From Candidatus Staskawiczbacteria bacterium (GTDB taxonomy: Bacteria > Patescibacteriota > Minisyncoccia > Minisyncoccales > Staskawiczbacteraceae): a stretch of DNA of 64,000 nt. The stretch lies in assembly GCA_963778905.1 (NCBI GenBank), contig CAVZWH010000024.1:12498-76497 (forward strand). Reading direction: 5' to 3'. The position numbers and the translations under genes are program-made. How positions within the stretch are numbered: the first letter of the stretch is position 1; each line of letters begins with the position of its first letter. Below, in pieces: positions 10,701 through 19,133 of the stretch. Below the pieces are notes generated by a model that was not told the DNA's origin, ran no database searches, and worked only from the letters and a program-made list of their open reading frames with translations.

Positions 10701-11087
10701 TATGCCGGCCAGACAGTAACAATTACTTATCAGGTGCAGGTTGCCGGAGCTGCAAACTTTTCTTACGGATCTACAACATTGAATAACAATGTTTCTGTAT
10801 CAAGCACTAACGGTAGCAACCCTACATCATCAGCATCAGTCATTGTAACCAGAACCGCAGTTTACGGAGCCAGCACAGTTTCAACCGGATTAACCAATAA
10901 TTTTTGGGTTGATTCGTTTTTCTTGCCATTATTGCTCACCTTAATTGGTCTTTGGATGTGGAGATCTGGAGTGTTTTTCGGAGTAGAAAAATGGTTAGAC
11001 AACAAGAAAAAAATCCGCAGAGGATACAAAGCAGAAAAAGAATTGAACCACAGAATTACTCAAATACAAAAGACAGAAAGAGTATAA
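7788..11087 (+). CDS. Secreted Cys-rich repeat surface protein with FN3-like and DUF11-like domains and a C-terminal VSTG-TM-basic tail
   Basis: Signal peptide; 4 copies of a ~42-aa C..C..YxxNSCG repeat; 6 copies of a 71-aa 8-Cys repeat; QTNSAT...YHFRA module; TVNKTVR...DYLP; tail VYGASTVSTGLTNN + TM + KKKIRR. Confidence 0.85.
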   Translation: MNTFLKVFVITGLTIVSAILISVTMAPATARALSCDGNSGPANQGTVVLAQDSTVTVTVNYICNDLRDTDYFGLSSPTKITFGEAHSSSNGSYNAGNFKAGTELIFFLYDATHGNTWYTGPASRNSDGQVHADFRNVGTNNWTIGFNDAAYPADNNLFNDIVINVTATPSCTANSTKQCSGNAVYWYNSCGTKGSLFQQCTSTQTCTNAQCVNNCTPNTAKQCVGNAVYNFNSCGVQGTLYQQCTSNQICQNAQCVNIACSSNTDCGANAYTGSPFCQGNSVYQNYITYTCNNPGTASSSCSNSTAAQKKNDCTANQTCSNGACVNQTITCTSNTDCGANAYTGSPFCQGNSVYQNYITYTCNNAGTSTSYCSNNTAAQKKNDCTANQTCANGSCTNQNITCTSNTDCGTNSYTGSPFCQSGNVYQNYITYTCTNPGTASSYCSNNTASQLKTTCASGQTCANGSCSNQTITCTSNTDCGANAYTGSPFCQGNSVYQNYITYTCNNAGTSTSYCSNNTAAQKKNDCTANQTCANGSCTNQNITCTSNTDCGTNSYTGSPFCQSGNVYQNYITYTCTNPGTASSYCSNNTASQLKTTCASGQTCANGSCSNQTITCTSNTDCGANAYTGSPFCQGNSVYQNYITYTCNNAGTSTSYCSNNTAAQLKTTCTGNQTCSNGSCSTTCTQNSYQQCQGNYLYWYNSCGVQEGQSQYCPNGCSGNSCTNNNCTYHSYEQCIGNNLYWYNSCGVQQDLVQYCPNGCSGNTCTNNNIYATVQTNSATNVNNNQATLNGYLYSGSNNNNNCTNYVWFQYGPTTSYGTETNHQTQGYSGAFSQIVNLYNNYNTNSYHFRAAAQDCSGNTVYGQDMTIYSNNIGTGTLTVNKTVRDLTTGAGFASSTSASPSDMLMFMITLQNTGSQDVSNVIARDYLPANLIYNDQLTVACTTNNSNYNNCNGSNYNYTGNISSGVNLNTIYAGQTVTITYQVQVAGAANFSYGSTTLNNNVSVSSTNGSNPTSSASVIVTRTAVYGASTVSTGLTNNFWVDSFFLPLLLTLIGLWMWRSGVFFGVEKWLDNKKKIRRGYKAEKELNHRITQIQKTERV
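8559..9835 (+). repeat. Intragenic tandem repeat: six 213-bp units with near-identical 426-bp higher-order period
   Basis: AATCAAACCATCACCTGCACCAGCAACACCGACTGCGGAGCTAACGCC recurs at 8763, 9189 and 9615. Confidence 0.92.
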
Positions 11088-11089
11088 AG

Positions 11090-11128
11090 AAACAAAAAGC
11101 CCGCGACCAAGTCGCGGGCTTTTTGTTT
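11090..11128. terminator. Bidirectional intrinsic terminator between convergent genes
   Basis: AAACAAAAAGCCCGCGAC-caa-GTCGCGGGCTTTTTGTTT. Confidence 0.88.
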
Positions 11129-11727
11129 TTATTTGCGGCCTTCCAGCGCATTTTCTAAAGTTTCTTCGTCGGCGTACTCAAGTTCGCCGCCGACCGGAAT
11201 TCCTTTTGCCAGATGAGTGATTTTGAAAGCGGGCGAGGGAATTGCTTCTTTTATTGTGGATTCAACTAAAACAGATGTTGCTCTGCCTTCGGGCGTTGGA
11301 TTTAATGCAATAATTATTTCTGAAAAATTATTATCTTTTACTCTTTTTTTAGTTCTTCAATTCTTAATTGATTTATATCTTCTTTTCTCATTGTTGCCAC
11401 AGTTCCACCCAAAATGAAATAAAGTCCGTTATATTTTTTTGTGCTTTCAAGCGACAATAAATCTGTTTCTTTTTCAACTATGCAAAGCAGATTTTTATTT
11501 CTTGATGGATTTTGGCAAATAGTACATAATTTTTCACCGCCTTCAAAAGGGTCAAAACAAAGTTCGCATAATTTTATTTTGTTTTTTAATTCTATAATTG
11601 CATCTGCCAGCTCGTCTATTTTTTCTTTTGGCAGTTTCATCAAATAATAAACAAAACGGCCGGCAGTTCTGGAGCCAACCGTAGGAAATTTTCTAAAAAT
11701 ATCTTTTAGTTTTTCTATTGAATCCAT
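11129..11727 (-). pseudogene. recR: Recombination mediator RecR, split by a 1-nt frameshift in an A7 run at 11344-11350
   Basis: 5' part has PTVGSRTAGR, C4 zinc finger, CIVEK, YFILGG; the -1 frame continues EIIIALNPTPEGRAT...HLAKGIPVGGELEYADEETLENALEGRK to a stop at 11129. Confidence 0.88.
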
Positions 11728-11728
11728 A

Positions 11729-13078
11729 TTATGCTTCGCTAGAATATTCGCCTTTATCTAAATTTCTGAAACTTACCCTGTGTTCGTCAAAATATAAATC
11801 AATGCCGCCGGTTGGGCCATTTCTGTGCTTTTCAATTAAAATTTTTGCAACGTTTTTGCTCAGCGAATTTTCGTTGTATTTATCTTCTCTGTAAATAAAC
11901 ATTACAACATCGGCGTCCTGCTCAATGGCTCCGGATTCGCGCAAATCAGCCAATCTTGGAATTTGCGGGACTCTTGCCTCAACCGCGCGAGATAATTGGG
12001 ATAAAACAAGTACCGGCACATTTAATTCTTTTGCCAGCATTTTTAATGCCCTGGAATTTTCTGTGACCTGCTGAACCGCCGATTGAAATCTGTTCATTGG
12101 TTCCATCAACTGCAGATAATCTATAACAATTAATGACAAACCCTTGTTTGCCTGAAGCCGGCGCGCCATGGCTCTTATCTGCAAAATGTTTACAGAGCCG
12201 GCGTCGTCAATATACAAAGGCGCGTCAGACAAACTTCCCATGGCGTGCTGAATTCTTGAATAATCGTCTGATGTCAGCCGGCCGTTTCTTAAATTCCACA
12301 GATTAATATTTGCCATGCTGGCCAAAAGTCTGTCGGCTAATTGATCTTTTGACATTTCAAGCGAAAAAAGTCCGACTGGTTTATTTTCTAAAACCGCAAT
12401 GTTTCTGGCAATGTCTAAAGCCAGCGAAGTTTTTCCCATGCTTGGCCTGGCTGCCAAAATTACCAAATCAGATTTTTGCAAACCGCCCAAAATTTTATCT
12501 AAATCAGTAAAACCGGTTGCAACTCCGCGCAATTTGCCGGCATATTTTGAAAGCTCGTCTAATCTTTCAAAGGTGTCTGATAAAATATCTTTTATGGGCA
12601 AAAATGCCTGAGTCAAAGATCTTTGTCCAATTGAGAAAACAGTTTTTTCTGCTTTATCTAACAAAACATCAACTTCTTCTGCCTCGTCAAAAGCAGACAA
12701 ACCAATTTCTTCTGAGGCAGAAATTAAATCTCTTAAAATCTTTTTTTGTCTGACAATTTTTGCATAATTGGAAACGTGCGTGGCAGTTGGGACTGTGTTG
12801 ATTAAAGAGGTTAAATATGTTAACCCGCCAATATCTTCCAATTTATTTTTTTCTTTTAACCTGGCGGAAACCGAAAGAATATCAATTGGATTTGACCTTT
12901 CGTAAAGCTCGGCCATTGCGCCAAATATATCTTGGTGGATTCCTTTGTAAAAATCTTCTGCTTTTATAAAATCAACAATTTTTACAATTGCATCTTTGTC
13001 CAACATCAAACAGCCCAGCAAACATTGTTCTGCTTCAGTATTTTGCGGAGGAAGTTTTTCTGCCAATTCTTTAGCCAT
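11729..13078 (-). CDS. dnaB: Replicative DNA helicase
   Basis: PPQNTEAEQ, AARPSMGKT, FSLEMS, IDYLQL, SQLSR, DLRESGAIEQDAD, KHRNGPTG. Confidence 0.98.
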   Translation of the reverse strand: MAKELAEKLPPQNTEAEQCLLGCLMLDKDAIVKIVDFIKAEDFYKGIHQDIFGAMAELYERSNPIDILSVSARLKEKNKLEDIGGLTYLTSLINTVPTATHVSNYAKIVRQKKILRDLISASEEIGLSAFDEAEEVDVLLDKAEKTVFSIGQRSLTQAFLPIKDILSDTFERLDELSKYAGKLRGVATGFTDLDKILGGLQKSDLVILAARPSMGKTSLALDIARNIAVLENKPVGLFSLEMSKDQLADRLLASMANINLWNLRNGRLTSDDYSRIQHAMGSLSDAPLYIDDAGSVNILQIRAMARRLQANKGLSLIVIDYLQLMEPMNRFQSAVQQVTENSRALKMLAKELNVPVLVLSQLSRAVEARVPQIPRLADLRESGAIEQDADVVMFIYREDKYNENSLSKNVAKILIEKHRNGPTGGIDLYFDEHRVSFRNLDKGEYSSEA

Positions 13079-13119
13079 AATATGTCTTTATATCAAAACT
13101 ATGAAAACTGGGCAAGGGA

Positions 13120-13148
13120 TTGACAATGTAATAATTATATTGTATTGT
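13120..13148 (+). promoter_or_regulatory. Sigma70 promoter for the small ORF
   Basis: TTGACA-N17-TATTGT. Confidence 0.55.
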
Positions 13149-13192
13149 TAATATATAGAACAGAAGGGAGTTTTTTTGAAAGGAGGCGACAC

Positions 13193-13429
13193 ATGTTCGC
13201 CGAACATAAAACAGAATGTGTTGTTTGGGACGGCTTTCCGGCGACAATAACCAAAGACGGGAGGCTTGTTTTTGGAGAAGACAAGGAAACCTTAGAGCAG
13301 GGCATTTCCCGCCGTTCGGCATTGATTGAATTTTTCTCCTCAAGAGGAGAAAAAGCGGAGGCGGAAAAGGTTCGCCAGATCCTCCAAAAAATGATGCGGC
13401 TGGCTGAAGATGTCGGTTCTCATCAGTAG
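13193..13429 (+). CDS. Small hypothetical protein (78 aa)
   Basis: AGGAGG SD at 13181 before ATG 13193; own promoter and downstream hairpin. Confidence 0.65.
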   Translation: MFAEHKTECVVWDGFPATITKDGRLVFGEDKETLEQGISRRSALIEFFSSRGEKAEAEKVRQILQKMMRLAEDVGSHQ

Positions 13430-13450
13430 GTCTGCGAGCGCGGACTAAAA

Positions 13451-13493
13451 AGCCGATTGGCAAAATCTCTAAACAGAGAAATTTCAATCGGCT
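13451..13493. terminator. Hairpin between convergent genes
   Basis: AGCCGATTG...TCTCT-aaac-AGAGA...CAATCGGCT. Confidence 0.55.
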
Positions 13494-13504
13494 GTTTGTT
13501 TGCT

Positions 13505-14908
13505 TTAAATTCCTCTCGCAATCGGCCCTTTTTTTGTATCTTCAACTATAAATCCTTTTCTTGCAATCTCTGCGCGAATTTCGTCTGATTTCTGCCAGTT
13601 CTGATTTTTTCTGGCAAATTCTCTTTCTTTCACTAATTTTTTTATTTCAGCTGGAATTGTTTTGTTCACTTTCTTAAAATTAATAATTCCAAAAATATCA
13701 TTTATTTCTTGGAAAAACTTATAAATTTCTTCAGCATCTTTTTTGGAAATTAAATCTTTTTCTAAAAGTTCGTTTGCTTTTTTAATAAATTCAAACATTA
13801 CTGCAAAGGCTTTGGGCGTATTAAAATCATCATCCAATTCCTTATAGAAGTCTGATTTGAATTTTGAAATTAGTTTTGAATTTTTAGTTGTCGTTTTTCG
13901 TTTTTCGCTTTTAGTTTTTAGTTTTCTAAGAAATTCTTCAATTTTTTCAACAGTTGATTTTACTTCAATCATTGCTGATTCAGAATAATCAACCGGAGAA
14001 GACCACAAATTTTTTGCAACGAAGAACTTCAAATAATTTGCCGGGCATCTTTTCAAAAAATCGCTTATGGTAATAAAATTTCCCAGGGATTTGGACATTT
14101 TTTGGCCATTGACCGTTAAAAATCCAACATGCATCCAATATTTTACCATTGGTGCCTTTCCGGAAATTGCTTCCATTTGGCTTATCTCTGCTTCGTGGTG
14201 CGGAAAAATTAAATCTCTTGCTCCGCCGTGTATGTCGTATTGCGGTCCGAAAAATTTTTCTGTTATTGCGGTATCTTCAATGTGCCAGCCTGGGCGCCCC
14301 GAACCCCACGGGCTTTTCCAGTTTGGTTCATTCTCAGCAGAAAATTTCCACAAGCAAAAATCGCCTCTATTTTTTTTGTCTTTGCTGTAATCAATACGCG
14401 AAACAGCGTCTTCTGCCTGCAGAGCGGTTCTGCCGGAAAGTTTTCCATATTTTTTGAATTTTGAAATGTCGTAATAAATTCCATCGCCTTCAATTTTGTA
14501 AGCAAAACCTTTTTCTTGCAGGCGTTTTACCTGGCTGATTATTTCTTTGATATAATTTGTGGCTCTGGCATATTTTGAAACGCTGTCAATGCCCAGAAGT
14601 TTCATATTTTGCAGATATTCTTTTTCAAATGCCAATGCCAAATCTTTTGGAGAAACTCCTTTTTCTCTGGCGCGGGCAATAATTTTGTCGTCTAAATCGG
14701 TTATGTTCTGCAAGTAAAAAACATTAAAACCAGAAACTTTCAAATATTTTACAAACGAATCAAAAGCAATATAGTTTCTGGCGTGGCCTATGTGAGAATA
14801 ATCGTAAACCGTCGGACCGCAGACAAATAAATTAACTTGTTTGCCTTTTTTTGGCTTGAATAAATCTTTTTTGCCAGATAACGTGTTATATATTTTTAAA
14901 TTTGACAT
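13505..14908 (-). CDS. cysS: Cysteinyl-tRNA synthetase
   Basis: CGPTVYD, HIGH, GRPGWHIE, DIHGGARDLIFPHHEAE, KMSKS. Confidence 0.98.
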   Translation of the reverse strand: MSNLKIYNTLSGKKDLFKPKKGKQVNLFVCGPTVYDYSHIGHARNYIAFDSFVKYLKVSGFNVFYLQNITDLDDKIIARAREKGVSPKDLALAFEKEYLQNMKLLGIDSVSKYARATNYIKEIISQVKRLQEKGFAYKIEGDGIYYDISKFKKYGKLSGRTALQAEDAVSRIDYSKDKKNRGDFCLWKFSAENEPNWKSPWGSGRPGWHIEDTAITEKFFGPQYDIHGGARDLIFPHHEAEISQMEAISGKAPMVKYWMHVGFLTVNGQKMSKSLGNFITISDFLKRCPANYLKFFVAKNLWSSPVDYSESAMIEVKSTVEKIEEFLRKLKTKSEKRKTTTKNSKLISKFKSDFYKELDDDFNTPKAFAVMFEFIKKANELLEKDLISKKDAEEIYKFFQEINDIFGIINFKKVNKTIPAEIKKLVKEREFARKNQNWQKSDEIRAEIARKGFIVEDTKKGPIARGI

Positions 14909-15521
14909 GTCCTTTTTCTTTTAATTCTAATATTCTTGTAAACATGCTTAAAAAAGAAAAAATTATAGAAATCCACAAAACATCAATGAAGAAAATAGGC
15001 GGCGAGTTTGGCCAGACTATTAAAATTACAATAAATACAACAGACATTAAAACCATCTTTGTTTTACCATAAATATTTGATTCAAGATATATTTCCTTTG
15101 ATTTATAAAATATTGAGGCCAAAGCGTTGATAATTTCCACCAAGATTAATATTAGAAGCAGCCATTTGTGGTAGTGATATAAGCTGTAAACAGCAATTGG
15201 GATTATTAAAATTCTGTCAGACGTAGAATCTAACATGGCGCCAAATTCAGTAACTTTATTTGTGCCTCTTGCAATCGGTCCGTCAATGAGGTCGGTGAAG
15301 ACGCCAACGCAAAAAAGAGACACTATTAAAATTTTATTTTCAATGCCAAGCCAAAAAATTAGTATAAACAACACTATGCTTATTAAAACTCTAACCCAAG
15401 TAACCTGATTGGGCGAAACACGAGAAGGCCAATAGGGTTTTATAAAAAGAAAAAGAAATTCGTCCCGCCAGTGGTCAATTTTTTCTAAAAAATATTTTAG
15501 GTCGTCTAAAAAATTTTTCAT
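14886..15521 (-). CDS. CDP-alcohol phosphatidyltransferase
   Basis: SPNQVT and DLIDGPIAR...GAMLDSTSD signature. Confidence 0.92.
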   Translation of the reverse strand: MKNFLDDLKYFLEKIDHWRDEFLFLFIKPYWPSRVSPNQVTWVRVLISIVLFILIFWLGIENKILIVSLFCVGVFTDLIDGPIARGTNKVTEFGAMLDSTSDRILIIPIAVYSLYHYHKWLLLILILVEIINALASIFYKSKEIYLESNIYGKTKMVLMSVVFIVILIVWPNSPPIFFIDVLWISIIFSFLSMFTRILELKEKGHVKFKNI

Positions 15522-15584
15522 AGGTTTAATTATCTTACCAAACTTTGCAAAAAAATGGAACTATGATAACCTTAAATAATTTCC

Positions 15585-16145
15585 ATGAAAAAAAACGATA
15601 TCATTTTTGCAATAGTTTGCGGATTGGCAGTGGCTTGGATTGCTTTGGATTTTTTCGGCAAGTATGGTTGGATTTTTTTCTTTGTCTTACCGATTTTTTC
15701 AGTAATTGGTTTGTGTCTGGTTGAGTTGATTGGAAAAAAAATATTGTTTGTGCGCCAGGCCGGCAAATTTATTTTGGCAGGAAGCCTTGCCGATGTGATT
15801 GATATTAAAGTTTTTCAGTTTTTGTTTTGGCTGGCTCCATTTTCTTTGATATTCAAGGCAATTTCTTTTTTGGTTGCAACTTTCGTAAAATATTGGTGGA
15901 ATAAATATTGGGCATTTGAAAAAATGGAAAAAGAGGATATAAATAAGGAAGCAATTCAGTTTTTTGCAGTAACGCTGGCGGGATTAATATTAAATGTAGG
16001 GGCGTTTTATTACTTTACAAAAATATTGGGACCGCAATTTTCAATGCCAATTAAAACCTGGACAGAACTAAGCGTAATTTTTGCGGCGTTAGTATCTGCA
16101 GCATGGAACTTTTTAGGATATAAGTTTATCGTGTTCAAAAAATAG
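15585..16145 (+). CDS. GtrA family membrane protein
   Basis: QAGKFILAG, YWWNKYWAF, WNFLGYKFIVFKK; multi-TM. Confidence 0.85.
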   Translation: MKKNDIIFAIVCGLAVAWIALDFFGKYGWIFFFVLPIFSVIGLCLVELIGKKILFVRQAGKFILAGSLADVIDIKVFQFLFWLAPFSLIFKAISFLVATFVKYWWNKYWAFEKMEKEDINKEAIQFFAVTLAGLILNVGAFYYFTKILGPQFSMPIKTWTELSVIFAALVSAAWNFLGYKFIVFKK

Positions 16146-16278
16146 AAATCCTCGCGGCTTCACCGCTATAGCGCAATTTTGTAAAAATTTATTTTTACTT
16201 CGTAAAAGTTTTACAAAATTGCTGGATTTATATATTTTCCTCCGCTTCGCTACGGGCTGCCATTCGGCAGAAAATATA
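16146..16278. repeat. Multi-hairpin palindromic intergenic element
   Basis: AAATCC/GGATTT, GCGG/CCGC, GCAATTTTGTAAAA/TTTTACAAAATTGC, TATATTTTC/GAAAATATA. Confidence 0.65.
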
Positions 16279-16286
16279 AAAAAATT

Positions 16287-17393
16287 ATGGCAAATTTAGT
16301 TTTGTATAGAAAATATAGGCCGCAGAGGTTTGCGGAGGTCGTGGGGCAAGAGCATGTGGTTACAACCCTAACCAATTCAATAAAAGGAAATAATATTTCC
16401 CATGCTTATTTGTTTTCCGGACCGCGGGGAAGCGGGAAAACAACAATTGCCAGATTGTTTGCCAAGGCCATAAATTGTGAGAAGCCGGTTGACGGCTTTG
16501 AGCCGTGCAACAAATGCTCTTCGTGTTTGGAAATTATGGCAGGAAATTCAATGGATTTAATTGAAATTGACGCGGCTTCGCACACCGGAGTTGACGATAT
16601 TAGGCAATTAATTGAAGGAGTAAAATTTGCGCCGGTAAAATCAAAATACAAGATATTTATAATTGACGAATGCCACCAGCTTTCAAAATCTGCGGCAAAT
16701 GCTTTGCTAAAAACATTGGAAGAGCCGCCGGCTCACGCGATATTTTTGCTGGCAACAACAGAATCGCACAAAATGATTCCGACAATTTTGTCGCGATGCC
16801 AAAAATTTGATTTCAAAAGATTGCAGGTGCCGGAAATTATTAAAAAACTGGAATTTATTTCCAAAAAAGAAAATGTAAAGTTTGACGAATCAGCTTTGTC
16901 ATTAATTGCTTTGAATTCACGCGGGTCATTTAGAGACGCAGAGTCATTGTTAGACCAATGTATGAGTTTTGCCGGGGAGGGAAGCGTGATAAAAACGCAG
17001 GATATAAAAGAATTATTGGGAATTGTTGAAGTTGGCGAAATTTCCCGATTTGTTGACCAGCTTGTAACAAAAAATACCAAAGACGCAATTTTTTCCATAA
17101 ATTTATTGTGCGACAATGGAGTTGATTTACAGGAATTTACCAAAACGTTGGTTTTCTATCTGCGGCAAGCTCTGCTTTCAAAAATTAATCCCGGTTTTTT
17201 GAATTTACAGAATTCCGGTTTATCTTTGCAGGAATTAGAAAAAATGAAAACGCAGACAGCAAATTTAACTCAAAAAGATTTGCAAAATATGCTGGAGTTT
17301 TTCATTGACGCAGAAAATAAAATAAAATATTCATCGGTTGCTCAATTACCATTGGAATTAGCAATAATAAATATAACGCATACAGAATCATAA
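16287..17393 (+). CDS. dnaX: DNA polymerase III subunit gamma/tau (short form)
   Basis: LYRKYRPQ, GPRGSGKTT, C4 zinc module, EIDAAS, IIDECH, LLKTLEEPP, TILSRC. Confidence 0.97.
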   Translation: MANLVLYRKYRPQRFAEVVGQEHVVTTLTNSIKGNNISHAYLFSGPRGSGKTTIARLFAKAINCEKPVDGFEPCNKCSSCLEIMAGNSMDLIEIDAASHTGVDDIRQLIEGVKFAPVKSKYKIFIIDECHQLSKSAANALLKTLEEPPAHAIFLLATTESHKMIPTILSRCQKFDFKRLQVPEIIKKLEFISKKENVKFDESALSLIALNSRGSFRDAESLLDQCMSFAGEGSVIKTQDIKELLGIVEVGEISRFVDQLVTKNTKDAIFSINLLCDNGVDLQEFTKTLVFYLRQALLSKINPGFLNLQNSGLSLQELEKMKTQTANLTQKDLQNMLEFFIDAENKIKYSSVAQLPLELAIINITHTES

Positions 17394-17510
17394 TTATTGT
17401 AAATCTTATTGTGCGACAATTTGCGGCCTGCAAGGGCTGTTTTTTTATCCACATACTTGCATTTCAAAAAAGAGGTATAATAAAAGAATATACATTAAAT
17501 TATAAATTTC

Positions 17511-19133
17511 ATGGCAGAATTACAATTAATAGATTATATACAAAAAGCAAGACTGGCTGGCCAGGCAGATGAGCAAAGCAGAGCTTTGCTTTATCAAAAT
17601 GGCTGGACAGATGCAGAAGTTAATGATGCTTTTACTACAATAGACCAGCCGCAGCCACAGGTTATGAGCCAGCCAAAAGTTGACGATCAACCGCAAGTTG
17701 TGAATCAGCTACAACCACAGGCTCAATATCAACCTCAAACAACACCAAACCAAATGCCCAAAGAAAAAAAAGGAATGCCATTGATACTGAAAATTTTTAT
17801 ATTTTTAATTATTTTAGTTGTTTTAGCTGGCGCAGGATTATTTGTTGCCGGTCAATATTTTAATGTAAATATTCCATGGAATCCTTTTGCTCTTAGCCCG
17901 CAAGCTGTTGTCAAAAACATGATGGCAAATATGAAAAATATTAAAGCTTATCACACCTCCATTCAGGTAAGCATCAGCGCCGCGAGCAGCGCCAACGCAA
18001 ATCAAACCCTTGGCAGTTTTTCTCTTGACACCGAAGGCGGCACCGACATTACAGATGCAAAAAATCCAAAAGCAGATTATACTATTTCAGTTAATCTTGG
18101 ATTGCCAGCTGCTGTGACTTCGCCAATTTTAGCTAATATGGATGTAATCGGCGTAAATAATGTTTTATATTTGAGACTCAACAGCCTTCAAATGCCAACC
18201 GAATACACAAATGGAATAAACACAGCTCAAATTTTGGGAAATTGGCTGGAAGCTGATCAAGACTCCATGAAAGCGCTTACAGCCGCAGAGTCCAGCCAAA
18301 TCGGCCAAGTAACTTTACCACCAAGCAGCGCCAGTCAAAAAATGGCTCAAGAAATTCAGAATTTGATATCATCGGAAAATTTGGTTTCTGTTGACAAGCA
18401 ATTAAGCGACCAAGTTATAAATGGTCAGGACACATATCATTATTCTATAACTATAAGCAGCGCAAAATTAAAAGATTTGGCGACCAAAATTATGAATTTG
18501 ACAACGCAAGAAGCGGCCAGCACGCAGAATAGCGGAACCTCTGCTGGCAGTTCTTTGGTTGACGGCATGGCAGGAGGCGTTGCAAATTCTTTTATAGATG
18601 CAGTTGGCGACATAAATGCAGAAATATGGATTGGCAAAAAAGATTATTTGCTTTATCAGGTTAAATTTGACAAGACGATTGATTTAAATAAACTTTTCCC
18701 GGGAGCTAACACTCAATTAGCGATAAAGGTTGATGATAATAATTCTAATTTTAATAAACCAATAACAGTCCAAGAGCCGGCAAGCTCGCAAAAAATAGAA
18801 GACTTTGTTTTACCGCTGATAAAAGTTCAGCAGATACAGTCAGATATGTCTCAAGTAGGATCTACAGCTCAAATGCTTTTTACCGCAGATCAAAGTTATT
18901 TTTCGTTATGCACGAAAGGATTGCTAAACGGCTATGATACAAAATTTGGGACTCAACTCGTAAGCAGCGCTAAAGACTTGATGAATCAAGGGGCAAAAAA
19001 TCCATTATGTTTTGCGGGTGTTAATGATTTTTGCGTATCAACTCAGCTGGCAGATGGAAGCTGGATATGCGTAGATAAAATTGGAAACACTGGAAAAACA
19101 AAATGTATTTCATTCAAAACCGTCTGCCAATAA
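17511..19133 (+). CDS. Membrane-anchored hypothetical protein (Q/P-rich linker, large extracellular beta-rich region, Cys-rich C-terminal domain)
   Basis: Single TM near residues 90-113; C-terminal FCVSTQLADGSWICVD. Confidence 0.75.
   Translation: MAELQLIDYIQKARLAGQADEQSRALLYQNGWTDAEVNDAFTTIDQPQPQVMSQPKVDDQPQVVNQLQPQAQYQPQTTPNQMPKEKKGMPLILKIFIFLIILVVLAGAGLFVAGQYFNVNIPWNPFALSPQAVVKNMMANMKNIKAYHTSIQVSISAASSANANQTLGSFSLDTEGGTDITDAKNPKADYTISVNLGLPAAVTSPILANMDVIGVNNVLYLRLNSLQMPTEYTNGINTAQILGNWLEADQDSMKALTAAESSQIGQVTLPPSSASQKMAQEIQNLISSENLVSVDKQLSDQVINGQDTYHYSITISSAKLKDLATKIMNLTTQEAASTQNSGTSAGSSLVDGMAGGVANSFIDAVGDINAEIWIGKKDYLLYQVKFDKTIDLNKLFPGANTQLAIKVDDNNSNFNKPITVQEPASSQKIEDFVLPLIKVQQIQSDMSQVGSTAQMLFTADQSYFSLCTKGLLNGYDTKFGTQLVSSAKDLMNQGAKNPLCFAGVNDFCVSTQLADGSWICVDKIGNTGKTKCISFKTVCQ

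Noticed and set aside
11217-11417. 66-aa plus-strand ORF and other short antisense ORFs in the track (e.g. 13071-13487, 51097-51495)
   Set aside because: They are shadows of confident genes or tRNAs on the opposite strand and have no recognisable motifs.
16146-16286. SRP RNA (ffs) upstream of dnaX
   Set aside because: The conserved helix-8 motif is absent.
16287-17393. Programmed dnaX frameshift
   Set aside because: The ORF ends after domain III with no downstream tau-like frame, consistent with a naturally short DnaX.
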